This document shows positions 36,872 through 46,097 of a stretch of DNA of 64,000 nucleotides, in pieces. This stretch comes from Caldilineaceae bacterium SB0661_bin_32 (GTDB taxonomy: Bacteria > Chloroflexota > Anaerolineae > Caldilineales > Caldilineaceae), in the NCBI GenBank assembly GCA_009841235.1, contig VXMH01000094.1, forward strand, positions 3,434-67,433, read 5' to 3'. How positions within the stretch are numbered: position 1 is the stretch's first letter; every line of letters begins with the position of its first letter. The translations under genes and the position numbers were made by a program. Under the pieces are notes generated by a model. The model ran no database searches. It was not told the origin of the DNA and worked only from the letters and a program-made list of their open reading frames with translations.

Positions 36872-36900
36872 TTGACACGGGCAATGCGCGCCTGTACAAT
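36872..36900 (+). promoter_or_regulatory. Sigma70-like promoter for the 2-hydroxyacid dehydrogenase gene
   Basis: TTGACA (36872-36877), 17-nt spacer, TACAAT (36895-36900). It lies 113 nt upstream of ATG 37013. Confidence 0.55.
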
Positions 36901-37012
36901 GCGCCCGCTGTCTACTCACTTCACATTTCACATGGCGATCTCGACTCTTACGCACTGCTGGGACTCGCTTTTGCCTGAAAACCATCGCAATGTAATCAGG
37001 AGGACATGCCCA

Positions 37013-38071
37013 ATGCGTTACGCTGTGTTACTCCATGAAGAGCTCCACATCGCCAGTGATTTTCACAGTGAGGGGTGTGCCCTTCTTCACGAACACGGTC
37101 AAGTAGAGATCGTTACGATACGAAGAGGGCAGGAGGAGGCCGCGTTTGAACAGTTTCTCACCCTTCTGAAGGAGGTGGATGCCGCGGTGATTGGCTGCTG
37201 GCATCGACCGGCGATGCAACCCGAGCACTGGCGTCAGGCGGAAAACCTCAAGGTATTCGCCGGAACCTTCGACAACCGCTTTGCCGGCTGGGTCGATTTC
37301 GACCTTCTGGATGCGTCTGGAATCACGCTTATCGATACATCACGCAGCATGACGCCATCGGTCGCAGAATTTGCGCTGGCGATGACGCTGAATCTGGTCC
37401 GCGATATCCCGGCATCAATGTACCTGGTGCGGGAAGGGGGCTGGCAGACACATCCCTTCGATTCCTGGGTAAAGCCGGGGTTTGTCTACGGTGATCTGAC
37501 CGGCCGGCGGGTGGGTCTGGCAGGGTTGGGCAGCATCATTCGCCGTTACGCCGAACTGATCACTCCCTTCAGATGTGACGTGCGGGTTTACGACCCTTTT
37601 GTTGCCGACAACGTGTTTGCCCAGTACGGCGTCAAGCGGGCGAACTCTCTCGTGGAATTGGCGCAGCAATCCGAAATTTTCGTCGTCGGTCTGCCGCCGA
37701 TACCGACAACGCTGGAAGTCATCAACCGCGATGTGATCTATGCCCTGCCCAAAGGAGCCCTGTTTGTCTTGGTTACGCGGATGGCGGTGGTCGAACAGCA
37801 GGCCTTGTGGGAACGGATCGAAGCCGACGAGATCGCGGCGGCTGTCGACGTTTTTGCCCCTGAACCTCCGCCCGAAGACGCCTGGTTTCGGCGCCATCCA
37901 AACGTACTGGCGACACCTCATATCGCCGGCGGCACAGAGTTCTGCCATCGCCGCTGCCTCACCGATGCCTGCAAAGACGCCATCGCCGTCCTGAACGGCG
38001 AGACGCCCCGGTTCCGGGCGACAAAACGAGACGCTCTTCTCTATGAAGGGGAACTTACCCCGGTTGCCTGA
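37013..38071 (+). CDS. D-isomer-specific 2-hydroxyacid dehydrogenase family protein
   Basis: ATG 37013 follows AGGAGG. NAD-binding GLAGLGSIIRR, and a C-terminal catalytic-region pattern DVFAPEPPPEDAWFRRHPNVLATPHIAGGT. Confidence 0.8.
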   Translation: MRYAVLLHEELHIASDFHSEGCALLHEHGQVEIVTIRRGQEEAAFEQFLTLLKEVDAAVIGCWHRPAMQPEHWRQAENLKVFAGTFDNRFAGWVDFDLLDASGITLIDTSRSMTPSVAEFALAMTLNLVRDIPASMYLVREGGWQTHPFDSWVKPGFVYGDLTGRRVGLAGLGSIIRRYAELITPFRCDVRVYDPFVADNVFAQYGVKRANSLVELAQQSEIFVVGLPPIPTTLEVINRDVIYALPKGALFVLVTRMAVVEQQALWERIEADEIAAAVDVFAPEPPPEDAWFRRHPNVLATPHIAGGTEFCHRRCLTDACKDAIAVLNGETPRFRATKRDALLYEGELTPVA

Positions 38072-38177
38072 CGGAAACCGAGCTTGCCTTAGGCTTTTCA
38101 CAGGCGGCCGGTGTAACTTCCAGAGGTGGTCAGTGACGTGCCCCCACCTGGGGATTCAACCCGGAAATTTTATTTGC

Positions 38178-38206
38178 TTGACAGTGAATCGGTGATCCAG
38201 TAGACT
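38178..38206 (+). promoter_or_regulatory. Sigma70-like promoter for the LplABC-like operon
   Basis: TTGACA (38178-38183), 17-nt spacer, TAGACT (38201-38206). It leaves a ~190-nt leader before ATG 38400. Confidence 0.5.
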
Positions 38207-38399
38207 GCGCACGAGTATGCGATGTCTGACATCTTGTATTCGAATCCGCAGCATCATTTTTTCCTCACAGTTCATAGGTAAAAGACCGTAAGCGCGGCAA
38301 CCAGTCAGATATCAAGCCCTGCTTGAGGCCAGCCCCCCAAATGGCCCTGCAGGCGTATGTCAAGAGTCATATTCTCACGAGCAGTTTCAAGGTGTAACC

Positions 38400-39389
38400 A
38401 TGCGAGAAGATGTGACAACAGGCGCTGCGCTGGTCCCGGAAATACCCGATCCCCGCTCACGCCTGCACGACTGGCGCGGGCGGCTGGAGAGGGAATTCCG
38501 CAATAACTGGCAGCTCTATGTGATGATTCTGCCTGTGCTGGTCGGTTTTTTCCTCTTTCGCTTCTATCCCTTGTATGGCCTGCAGATCGCCTTCAAGGAC
38601 TACAACATCGTAGCCGGGGTCAGGGGCAGCGAATGGGTGGGCCTGGAGAACTTCCTCAAGTTCTTCGAGGACCCCTTTTTCTTCCGCGTGGTAAAAAACA
38701 CAGTCGTGCTCGGCTTCTGGACGCTGGTGATCTCCTATCCGCTGCCGATCGTTTTCGCGGTGCTGCTCAACGAAGTCAAACAGCAGCACGGCCTGTTTAA
38801 GCGTGTGACCCAGTCGATCAGCTACCTGCCGCATTTCGTCGCTGTGGTGGTGATCGTCGGTCTGATGTATGACTTTTTCAGTACCGACGGCATCGTCAAC
38901 CAGATGGCGGTTGCCCTGACCGGTGAAAAGTGGCGCATCCTGGGCTCGTCGGCGTGGTTTCGGCCGCTGTACGTCGGCTCCGTCGTGTGGCAGGGCGTTG
39001 GCTGGGGCTCCATCATCTACCTGGCTGCTCTGACAGGCATTCCGCCGGAACTGTATGAAGCCGCGATCGTGGACGGCGCCTCGCGCTGGCAGCGTATCCT
39101 GTACGTCACGCTGCCCGGACTGCTGCCGGTGATCAGTGTCACGCTGATTCTTTCTGTGTCGTCGATCGTTTCGGTGGGATTCGAGAGAGCGTTCCTGCTG
39201 CAACAGCCGGCCACCTATAGTGTTTCGGACGTCATCGCGACCTATGTGTACCGGCGCGGGCTGATAAAGTTTGACTTCAGCTATGGCGCGGCGATCGGGT
39301 TTTTCGACTCCATCGTGGCCTTTGCTCTGGTGGTGGCGGCCAATTACATCGTAAAAAGAACCAATGAGGACCGCGAGGGACTGTGGTAG
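38400..39389 (+). CDS. Sugar ABC transporter permease (LplB/YtcP-like)
   Basis: N-terminal pattern NWQLYVMILPVLVGFFLFRFYPLYGLQIAFKDYN is typical of LplB-type permeases. EAA loop LYEAAIVDGASRWQRILYVTLPGLLP. Confidence 0.9.
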   Translation: MREDVTTGAALVPEIPDPRSRLHDWRGRLEREFRNNWQLYVMILPVLVGFFLFRFYPLYGLQIAFKDYNIVAGVRGSEWVGLENFLKFFEDPFFFRVVKNTVVLGFWTLVISYPLPIVFAVLLNEVKQQHGLFKRVTQSISYLPHFVAVVVIVGLMYDFFSTDGIVNQMAVALTGEKWRILGSSAWFRPLYVGSVVWQGVGWGSIIYLAALTGIPPELYEAAIVDGASRWQRILYVTLPGLLPVISVTLILSVSSIVSVGFERAFLLQQPATYSVSDVIATYVYRRGLIKFDFSYGAAIGFFDSIVAFALVVAANYIVKRTNEDREGLW

Positions 39390-39402
39390 CGAGGTGTAGA
39401 CC

Positions 39403-40281
39403 GTGCATACCCTGAGAAAGATGCGGTTGTTCGATTATCTGAACTACCTGTTCCTGATCGTGTTCAGTTGCCTGATGCTCTACCCGCTGCTTTACGTCTT
39501 TTCGATCTCGGTGAGCGATGGCGAAGCGGTGTGGCGGCAATCGGTGAAGTTGTTTCCGATTGGCTTCAACGTGGAGGCGTACGAGGCGATTGCGAGGGCG
39601 AATGCGGTCGTGCGAGCGTACCGGAACTCGATCCTCTACACGGTGCTTGGCACGTCCTTCACACTGATAGTCTGCCTGCTGGCGGCATACCCGCTCTCGG
39701 AGCCGCGTTTTCGCTTGCGCGGTCCAATCAGCCTGATCCTGGGGCTGACGCTGTTTTTTTCTGCCGGCCTGATTCCCACCTACCTGACCTACCAGAGTTA
39801 TGGACTGCTGAATACGATCTGGGTGATTACCCTGCCGGTTGCCTTTAACTTCTGGTTTATCATCCTGGTGCGGGCCAATATCTCGACGATACCGCGCGAG
39901 CTTAAGGACGCCGCCCGCGTGGACGGCGCCAGCGACTTTCGTATCCTGTTGCAGATCATCGTGCCCCTGTCCAAACCGATATTGGCGACCATCGCGCTGT
40001 TTGTTGCCGTAGCGATCTGGAATGACTTTTTCAACCCGCTGCTCTATCTCAATAACTCGGAAAAGTTCCCCCTGACCATCATGCTGCGGCGGATGCTGAT
40101 ACGGGGAGCCACAGGCGAGGTGGTGCAGGGGAACTACGCCGACACTTTGCAGGCGAAGGCCTTTTTCAGGCAGGTGAAGATGGCAACCGTCATCGTGACC
40201 TTGGGTCCCATTCTGCTGGTATATCCTTTTGTCCAGAAGTACTTTGTGCAGGGCACACTGGTCGGCGCGATCAAGGGGTAA
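39403..40281 (+). CDS. Sugar ABC transporter permease (LplC-like)
   Basis: GTG 39403 lies 6 nt after GAGGTG. EAA loop LKDAARVDGASDFRILLQIIVPLSKP and C-terminal GAIKG. Confidence 0.9.
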   Translation: MHTLRKMRLFDYLNYLFLIVFSCLMLYPLLYVFSISVSDGEAVWRQSVKLFPIGFNVEAYEAIARANAVVRAYRNSILYTVLGTSFTLIVCLLAAYPLSEPRFRLRGPISLILGLTLFFSAGLIPTYLTYQSYGLLNTIWVITLPVAFNFWFIILVRANISTIPRELKDAARVDGASDFRILLQIIVPLSKPILATIALFVAVAIWNDFFNPLLYLNNSEKFPLTIMLRRMLIRGATGEVVQGNYADTLQAKAFFRQVKMATVIVTLGPILLVYPFVQKYFVQGTLVGAIKG

Positions 40282-40404
40282 CCCCGGGCGCGCTATCTTC
40301 GAATCGAGGGAAGGAGGTGGTCTTATCGAGTGGAACTTTGGCTACAGCCTGTGCTCTATAGAGTCTGCGATCTGTCCGCCTTATACACAGTAGAGGAGAT
40401 GGAA

Positions 40405-42075
40405 ATGAAGAAATCCAACCTGTCGTTATCTGCTTGCGTGCTCATTGTTTTGAGTATGCTCCTGGTGGGCTGCGTTCCACAGGCGCCTGGAGCCGTCGAG
40501 ACCTCCGGCACCGTCGAGCTGGAGCTGATGATCGCGCCCGAAGGTGTCTTTGGAGATATTACGCCTGAGACCTACTCGATGCAGCTGCTGGCCGACCGGA
40601 CCGGCTTCAGCTATGCGTTCCGCCAGATCCCGCGCGAGTTTCTCGGCGAACGGATCGCCACCACCCTGGCCTCCGGTGATCTGCCCGACATCATGCAGTT
40701 AGGCCTGCCGGCCGACTCGACCGGGACGCCGATGGACATTGCGCACGAGTTCGGTCCGCAGGGGCTGTTCGCATCGCTCACCCCGTACATCGAGGCCGGC
40801 GACATGCCCAATCTCGTGGCCGAGATGGAAAGACAGCCCGATATGGAGAAGTTGATGACCTCGCCCGACGGCAACATATACGCCGTGCCTCAGGTCAGAC
40901 GGCTGCGCCAGCTGCGGCCGTGGCTGCAACTGCGGGCGGACCTGATCGAGCAGTGCGGGATCATCGAGGACAGGTGGAATGGCAACTGGGACGCCATTCT
41001 GACATTGGACGATCTCAAAGGCGCTATGTTGTGCCTGAAAGATCAACTGGGCGGCAAGCCTGTCATCTCCAGCCGCAGCGGCTTCACCGGCCATACGGGC
41101 AACTGGGCCAAATGGCTGGGCACCGACCTGACCGTTTACTACAACCCCTACACCGAGCAGTATGAGTATGGCCCGCTGATGGCCCGCTTCCGCACCATGG
41201 TCGAGTTCATGAACTGGATGTGGGAAAACGGCGTCCTGCATCCGGAGTATGCGACCATGAGCGATCCGGATTGGGAGGCGCTGGCGCGCGGTACCTGCGA
41301 GGCCGGAGCCATTCTCGAGAACACGGGCTGGCACTTCTATTCGTGCGTCGCCAATGCCGGCATTGACCAGGGCAAGTTCTACCCTGTCATGTCGCTGACG
41401 GTCGACGGCGAAAAGATTCTCTGGCCCGCCCCCTCCAATGTCTGGCTGGGGAACCCCTTGGTCATCTCGGGCTCCTCCTCCCAGGCAGAGATCGAAGCAT
41501 CCGTGTGGCTGATCGACTACCTGTTCAGCACCGAGGGCCGCTTCCTGATATACCAGGGCAAAGAGGGCGTGGATTGGACCTATCGCGCCGACGGGACCAA
41601 GTGCTATACCGACACCATTCAGCGCCATCCGAGCCTGAAGGAAAAGCACTACTGCGCCGGCGCGATCCCCGAGTCCCCGCCCGCGATGACCAACGAAACG
41701 GCGTTCATCAATGACATCGGCTCGCTCGCCCGTGTATGGTGGCCGGAGGCCGAACCGCATTGGGGCCTGATGGCAGACTGGCCGGCGCCGGAATTCCCGG
41801 ACGGTTGGCGATGGATTGACGATCAGTTCATCAATCCCAGCGGCTCCTACGGCGACCCGCTGCCTTCCATCGTACTGAACGAAGAGGAGGCGGAGACAGC
41901 CGCCAGCCTCGGCGCTCCGATTGATACCTATCTGCTTGAAACGATCCAGCAGATGATCGAAGGGCAGATCGAAATCAATGACGACACGTGGGGTGAGCTC
42001 ACCTCCACGATCGAGAGCATGGGCGCCCAGGACATTGTGGATGCGTACAACTCCGCTCTGTCGCGCGCGCAGTAG
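40405..42075 (+). CDS. Large extracellular solute-binding lipoprotein (LplA-like)
   Basis: ATG 40405 follows GAGGAG. Lipobox MKKSNLSLSACVLIVLSMLLVGC. 556 aa, typical of LplA-type binding proteins. Confidence 0.85.
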   Translation: MKKSNLSLSACVLIVLSMLLVGCVPQAPGAVETSGTVELELMIAPEGVFGDITPETYSMQLLADRTGFSYAFRQIPREFLGERIATTLASGDLPDIMQLGLPADSTGTPMDIAHEFGPQGLFASLTPYIEAGDMPNLVAEMERQPDMEKLMTSPDGNIYAVPQVRRLRQLRPWLQLRADLIEQCGIIEDRWNGNWDAILTLDDLKGAMLCLKDQLGGKPVISSRSGFTGHTGNWAKWLGTDLTVYYNPYTEQYEYGPLMARFRTMVEFMNWMWENGVLHPEYATMSDPDWEALARGTCEAGAILENTGWHFYSCVANAGIDQGKFYPVMSLTVDGEKILWPAPSNVWLGNPLVISGSSSQAEIEASVWLIDYLFSTEGRFLIYQGKEGVDWTYRADGTKCYTDTIQRHPSLKEKHYCAGAIPESPPAMTNETAFINDIGSLARVWWPEAEPHWGLMADWPAPEFPDGWRWIDDQFINPSGSYGDPLPSIVLNEEEAETAASLGAPIDTYLLETIQQMIEGQIEINDDTWGELTSTIESMGAQDIVDAYNSALSRAQ

Positions 42076-42141
42076 TGTAGCTGCGACGCGCCCAATCTGA
42101 CCGGCGTGCGATCCGGACTGTACGCCGTTAAACGATCAAGA

Positions 42142-42183
42142 CGCTGGGGACGGCGAATCCTTCCGTCCCCAGCGTTCCTTTTC
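42142..42183 (+). terminator. Rho-independent-type terminator after the LplABC-like operon
   Basis: 12-bp perfect stem CGCTGGGGACGG / CCGTCCCCAGCG, 9-nt loop, followed by TTCCTTTTC. Confidence 0.7.
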
Positions 42184-42248
42184 ACTGGCGAACGTCGGAG
42201 CAAAATCTGGGGACGGACAAGACGACAAGGGAACCGATCAGATGCGCG

Positions 42249-42881
42249 GTGATCACCGGCGGTCACGGCTATGACGTGCTCAACTTTCACCGGTTTTTCC
42301 GCGGTTTGGCAGGGGTCGATGCCTACATCCAGCATATGGACGACTTTGCCTCTGCACGCGCAAACGTGCGCGACAGCTACGACGTGGTTCTCTTTTACAC
42401 GATGTTGATGGAGGGCCCCACCGACGACGGAGGGCCTTGGTACGCGGGACGGCCCAGGACTGCATTGGAGCACCTGGGCGAGACGGAGCAAGGCATCGTC
42501 CTCCTGCACCATTCTATCCTTGCCTACCCGCATTGGCCGGTCTGGAGCGAGATGGTCGGTATTCAGGATCGCAGCTTCGGCCATCATCCCGAGCAGACGC
42601 TGCGCCTCGAGATCGCCGATCCCGACCATCCGATCACCAAAGACCGGAATGCCTGGGAGATGGCCGACGAGACATACATGATGGACGAACCGGGGGTGGA
42701 CAGCGAGATTCTGTTAACAGCGGACCATCCCAGGAGCATGGGCGCCATCGCCTGGGCGAGGATGCACAGGCGTGCGCGTGTCTTCTGCTTCCAATCGGGG
42801 CATGACAATCTGACCTGGGCAAACCCCGGTTTTGGCGAAACCGTTTTGCGCGGAATCCAGTGGGCATCCCAACGAATCTAG
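42249..42881 (+). CDS. thuA: ThuA-domain protein (trehalose-utilisation-like)
   Basis: GTG start. ITGGHGYD, VLLHHSILAY, DPDHPIT, DETYMMDEP and FQSGHD follow the ThuA pattern. Confidence 0.75.
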   Translation: MITGGHGYDVLNFHRFFRGLAGVDAYIQHMDDFASARANVRDSYDVVLFYTMLMEGPTDDGGPWYAGRPRTALEHLGETEQGIVLLHHSILAYPHWPVWSEMVGIQDRSFGHHPEQTLRLEIADPDHPITKDRNAWEMADETYMMDEPGVDSEILLTADHPRSMGAIAWARMHRRARVFCFQSGHDNLTWANPGFGETVLRGIQWASQRI

Positions 42882-42909
42882 GCGCGGCCTCTATCCTGGA
42901 GACGGCTGT

Positions 42910-43860
42910 ATGCGTGCGTTAGTGACCAGACTCCGGCCCGACAAGAGACGCGAGAAGGTACTGGTCAGCGACTGGCCCGCGCCGCAGGGACCGACCGGCA
43001 ACCAGGTCAAGAGCCGGACCATCTATTCGGGCATCACCAACGGGACCGAGCACAACGATCTGATCGGCGGCAACTATGCGCACCCTGACGACGCGCTGCC
43101 GGCCGGGTGGGGCTATCAACACGTGGGGCGCGTGGTCGAGACCGGCCCCGATGTTACGGAGCTTGCCGTCGGCGACCTGGTGTATATCAACGCCGACCAC
43201 AAGGAATATGTGGTAACGCGCGAAGATGGGCTGCTCATCAAACTGCCAGAGGACGTTGACCCCAGGCAGGCCGCGCTGTTCGGCATGTCCAGTGTGGCCA
43301 TGCGCTCCTGCCGGCACGCTGATCTGCGCATGGGCGAACGTGTCCTCGTCGTCGGCCAGGGGTTTATCGGCCAGATGGCGGCTCAGATCGCCAGCGTGAT
43401 GGGCGCACGCGTCGCCGTCTGCGAAATCGACCCGCGCCGGCTGGAACGGGCGCGACGGATCGGCGCTGCCGAGGAAGTGTTCGACGTCGCCGGTGACGGA
43501 TGGGAGAGACAGATCGCTGGTGGTGCTTTCGATGCAATCATCGATGTGGCGGGCGTCGAGGGGATGGAGGACCGGCTGATTCGCGCGCTCAAGAGTCGGG
43601 GCAGGCTGCTGCTCATCGGCGGCCGCTTTAAGGTCAACTACACCTTCAATCTGGGGCAGGCGCACGAGATTACGCTCAGACAGAACACGGGCTATGACCG
43701 CGATGATCTGACGAATCTGTGCCGGCTCGTCCGCCGCGGCCTGGTCGATATCGCGCCGCTGCTCCAGGACGTGGTGCCGGTGACGGAAGCCCGGCGCGTC
43801 TACGACACCCTGCGCGACACCCCGCATGAACTGTCGGGCACGGTATTTGTCTGGGAGTAA
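42910..43860 (+). CDS. MDR-family alcohol/polyol dehydrogenase
   Basis: ATG 42910 follows GGAGA. Rossmann motif VLVVGQGFIGQMAAQI and a GroES-like N-terminal domain. Confidence 0.8.
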   Translation: MRALVTRLRPDKRREKVLVSDWPAPQGPTGNQVKSRTIYSGITNGTEHNDLIGGNYAHPDDALPAGWGYQHVGRVVETGPDVTELAVGDLVYINADHKEYVVTREDGLLIKLPEDVDPRQAALFGMSSVAMRSCRHADLRMGERVLVVGQGFIGQMAAQIASVMGARVAVCEIDPRRLERARRIGAAEEVFDVAGDGWERQIAGGAFDAIIDVAGVEGMEDRLIRALKSRGRLLLIGGRFKVNYTFNLGQAHEITLRQNTGYDRDDLTNLCRLVRRGLVDIAPLLQDVVPVTEARRVYDTLRDTPHELSGTVFVWE

Positions 43861-43911
43861 GTTGCTGCTCGCGTGCTACGCGAGCGAAGAGGGCGCACCG
43901 GGAGCCGAACC

Positions 43912-45966
43912 ATGGCACAGATGCAGATTGGGGCGATTGATACGATCCGACTTGCGCGCGACGCCGGCCCGCGCGTGCGCACCGCAGCCGTCGAACTGGC
44001 ACGCTGGATCGAAAGACTGGGGGCGGGGAAGCCGGCCATCGGTGCAGACGTGGGGGATGTGACGGCCTTGTTAAGCACAAACGCGACCGACCTGGAGCCG
44101 GAGCACTTCTGTATCGACGTGGAGAGTGCCGCAACGCTGCACATTACGGGCGGCGACGGACGCGGCGTGTTGTATGGCGTGCAGGAGTACATCGACCGCG
44201 CCCGTCTGGGTCGAGCCATCATGACGATGACCGATGGCCCCCATTTTGCTCTGCGCAGCGTAGACATGTGGGAGACGCCATCCAGCATGGTCTGGTGTCT
44301 GCCGTTCGACAGCATTCTGGACTATGACAAAATGCTGCGGCCCGAGGAGATCCCGGAGTACCTGGATTTCGCCCGGCGGCTGCTGGCGATGCGCGTCAAC
44401 AGCCTCACCCTGTTCTCCCAATACGCGTCGAGAGGGTCGTTGTTCGAACGCTGGCTCTCGCACGCCGAGCCGGTCGAGCGGTTCGCGCAGTTTATGGATC
44501 GCTTTGGCGTCTCAATACGTTTGGCGCTCCACTATACCTCTCCCGACGAAAGTGGCCATTATGTGACGCTGTGTCCGTACTCGGATCATATCCGTGACCA
44601 GTGGCAAGACTTTGTGGCGCGTATGGCCGTCGCCATGCCGACGGTGCGCAATTTCAGGCTGAGAGGCGCGGGCGAAGAGGCGCCTGGCCCTCACGAAGAC
44701 AACTGCGACCGCTGTGCTGCGACGCCCCTGCGCGAGCGTGTCTTAGCAGGCATACGCGTGGTCAGCAACGCCGTGGCCACCCTCGGCGGCGATCTGCTGT
44801 GGCTCACCGGCACCGACCAGGCCGCCCATGCTGGCGCGGAGGCGGAAATGTATGGCGACTGGGGGGATGACTTTCCCGAAAACGTGCGAATCGCACACTG
44901 CCACAACTACTGGGACCTCCGCCCACCTTATCCGCCGCACCCGATCTGGAACCATACCGGTAATCGGCCCGGAGAACGTTCGCCCTATGTGCTTCAGGTC
45001 GCGCTGGTGGGCGATTCGGCCGGCATGAACTTTTCGCCGTGCTCGATGGCGCACCGCTGGCAGGCGGACTTTCGCACGGCGGCAGACAAGGATTACGAGG
45101 GATGCGACGCCAACATAGCCGTACATCCCCAGTACGTAGACCATCCGCTCAACCTCTCCAACTGGCACACCTACGGCAAACTGTGCTGGAACCCCTACCT
45201 CGACCCGGACGACATTCTGTGCGAATGGCTGACGATGGAATACGGCGCGGAGGCAGTCGCGTTCCTGCCTGGCCTGCGCGAGACCTATCCCGCCACCATC
45301 GGCGCTCTTTTCAGCCGCAGCGCCTTCACCCAGTGCCACAGTTATGTTGCCCGCTACAACTACCTGGATACGCGGCTCAATGGACCGTGGCGCGTGTGGA
45401 CGGATCTCTTGCATCCGGGGATGGACCGGGGCGGCGAGAACGTCCTCGGCCTGGAGTTGCCGCTCGACGCCTATCCTGAGGCGCAGCGCCTCACGCTGCG
45501 CAACGACCCGCGCTACCAACTCATTTTCAACCGCATGCCATTAACCGACGCCTATGCCGCCGAGTTGATGGCGGAGAAGCGCCTGGCCGCCGGCCATATG
45601 GAAGGCGTGCTGGCAGCGTGGCAGCAACTGGAAGGCAAGATTGACCCGGCATCCTTTGCCCAGGTCGCCGGGTTGCTCGAAGCCAACCTGAACGACGTGC
45701 GCATCTTTGTGGACTGTTTCGGGCTGTATCTGGACTACAAACTTGGGCGGCTGCAGGCGGCCCAGATCGAGGCAATGCGCGCCCGCTATGCCGACGTTCC
45801 CAAGGGCGAGGCCACGGCCGGGTCACCGTATGATGGCTGGTTCTGGGATCACTTTGGCTGGCAGGGCACCTACCTGGAGTTCCTGGACGATCTGGACAAG
45901 CTGTTGCGGGGTGAGACGCCCGGCCCGTTCTTTACCGGCGGAGCGACGGAGAGACAGTCGGAATGA
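43912..45966 (+). CDS. Uncharacterised 684-aa glycoside-hydrolase-like protein, paralog B
   Basis: ATG 43912 lies 7 nt after GGGAG. It is collinear with 22810..24861 over the full length. Confidence 0.6.
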   Translation: MAQMQIGAIDTIRLARDAGPRVRTAAVELARWIERLGAGKPAIGADVGDVTALLSTNATDLEPEHFCIDVESAATLHITGGDGRGVLYGVQEYIDRARLGRAIMTMTDGPHFALRSVDMWETPSSMVWCLPFDSILDYDKMLRPEEIPEYLDFARRLLAMRVNSLTLFSQYASRGSLFERWLSHAEPVERFAQFMDRFGVSIRLALHYTSPDESGHYVTLCPYSDHIRDQWQDFVARMAVAMPTVRNFRLRGAGEEAPGPHEDNCDRCAATPLRERVLAGIRVVSNAVATLGGDLLWLTGTDQAAHAGAEAEMYGDWGDDFPENVRIAHCHNYWDLRPPYPPHPIWNHTGNRPGERSPYVLQVALVGDSAGMNFSPCSMAHRWQADFRTAADKDYEGCDANIAVHPQYVDHPLNLSNWHTYGKLCWNPYLDPDDILCEWLTMEYGAEAVAFLPGLRETYPATIGALFSRSAFTQCHSYVARYNYLDTRLNGPWRVWTDLLHPGMDRGGENVLGLELPLDAYPEAQRLTLRNDPRYQLIFNRMPLTDAYAAELMAEKRLAAGHMEGVLAAWQQLEGKIDPASFAQVAGLLEANLNDVRIFVDCFGLYLDYKLGRLQAAQIEAMRARYADVPKGEATAGSPYDGWFWDHFGWQGTYLEFLDDLDKLLRGETPGPFFTGGATERQSE

Positions 45967-46097
45967 AGTTTCAAAGAGGTGCTCGGCGGCCGGTTTGCCG
46001 GCCGGGCCGCCCTTCACGGGATCGATTCGAGCAACCGGTGCGCTTCGATGACACGGCCGGCGGTGACATTGACAGGCAACGCGCGCTTGTCACAGCA

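Noticed and set aside
38236-38262. tRNA-like T-loop word TTCGAATCC followed by ...GCAGCATCA.
   Set aside because: The 5' flank (CTTGTA) cannot pair with CCGCA to form a T-stem. No acceptor, D or anticodon arms could be drawn. It is most likely a chance match inside the operon leader.
45967-46097. GC-rich hairpin (CGGCCGG tttg CCGGCCG) and the GTGACA...TGTCAC inverted repeat between the convergent paralog B and beta-propeller genes, considered as a bidirectional terminator.
   Set aside because: The hairpin is real but short and has no U-tract on either strand. It is plausible as a terminator in a high-GC organism, but it is not distinguishable by eye from chance GC-rich palindromes, so it is not listed as a feature.
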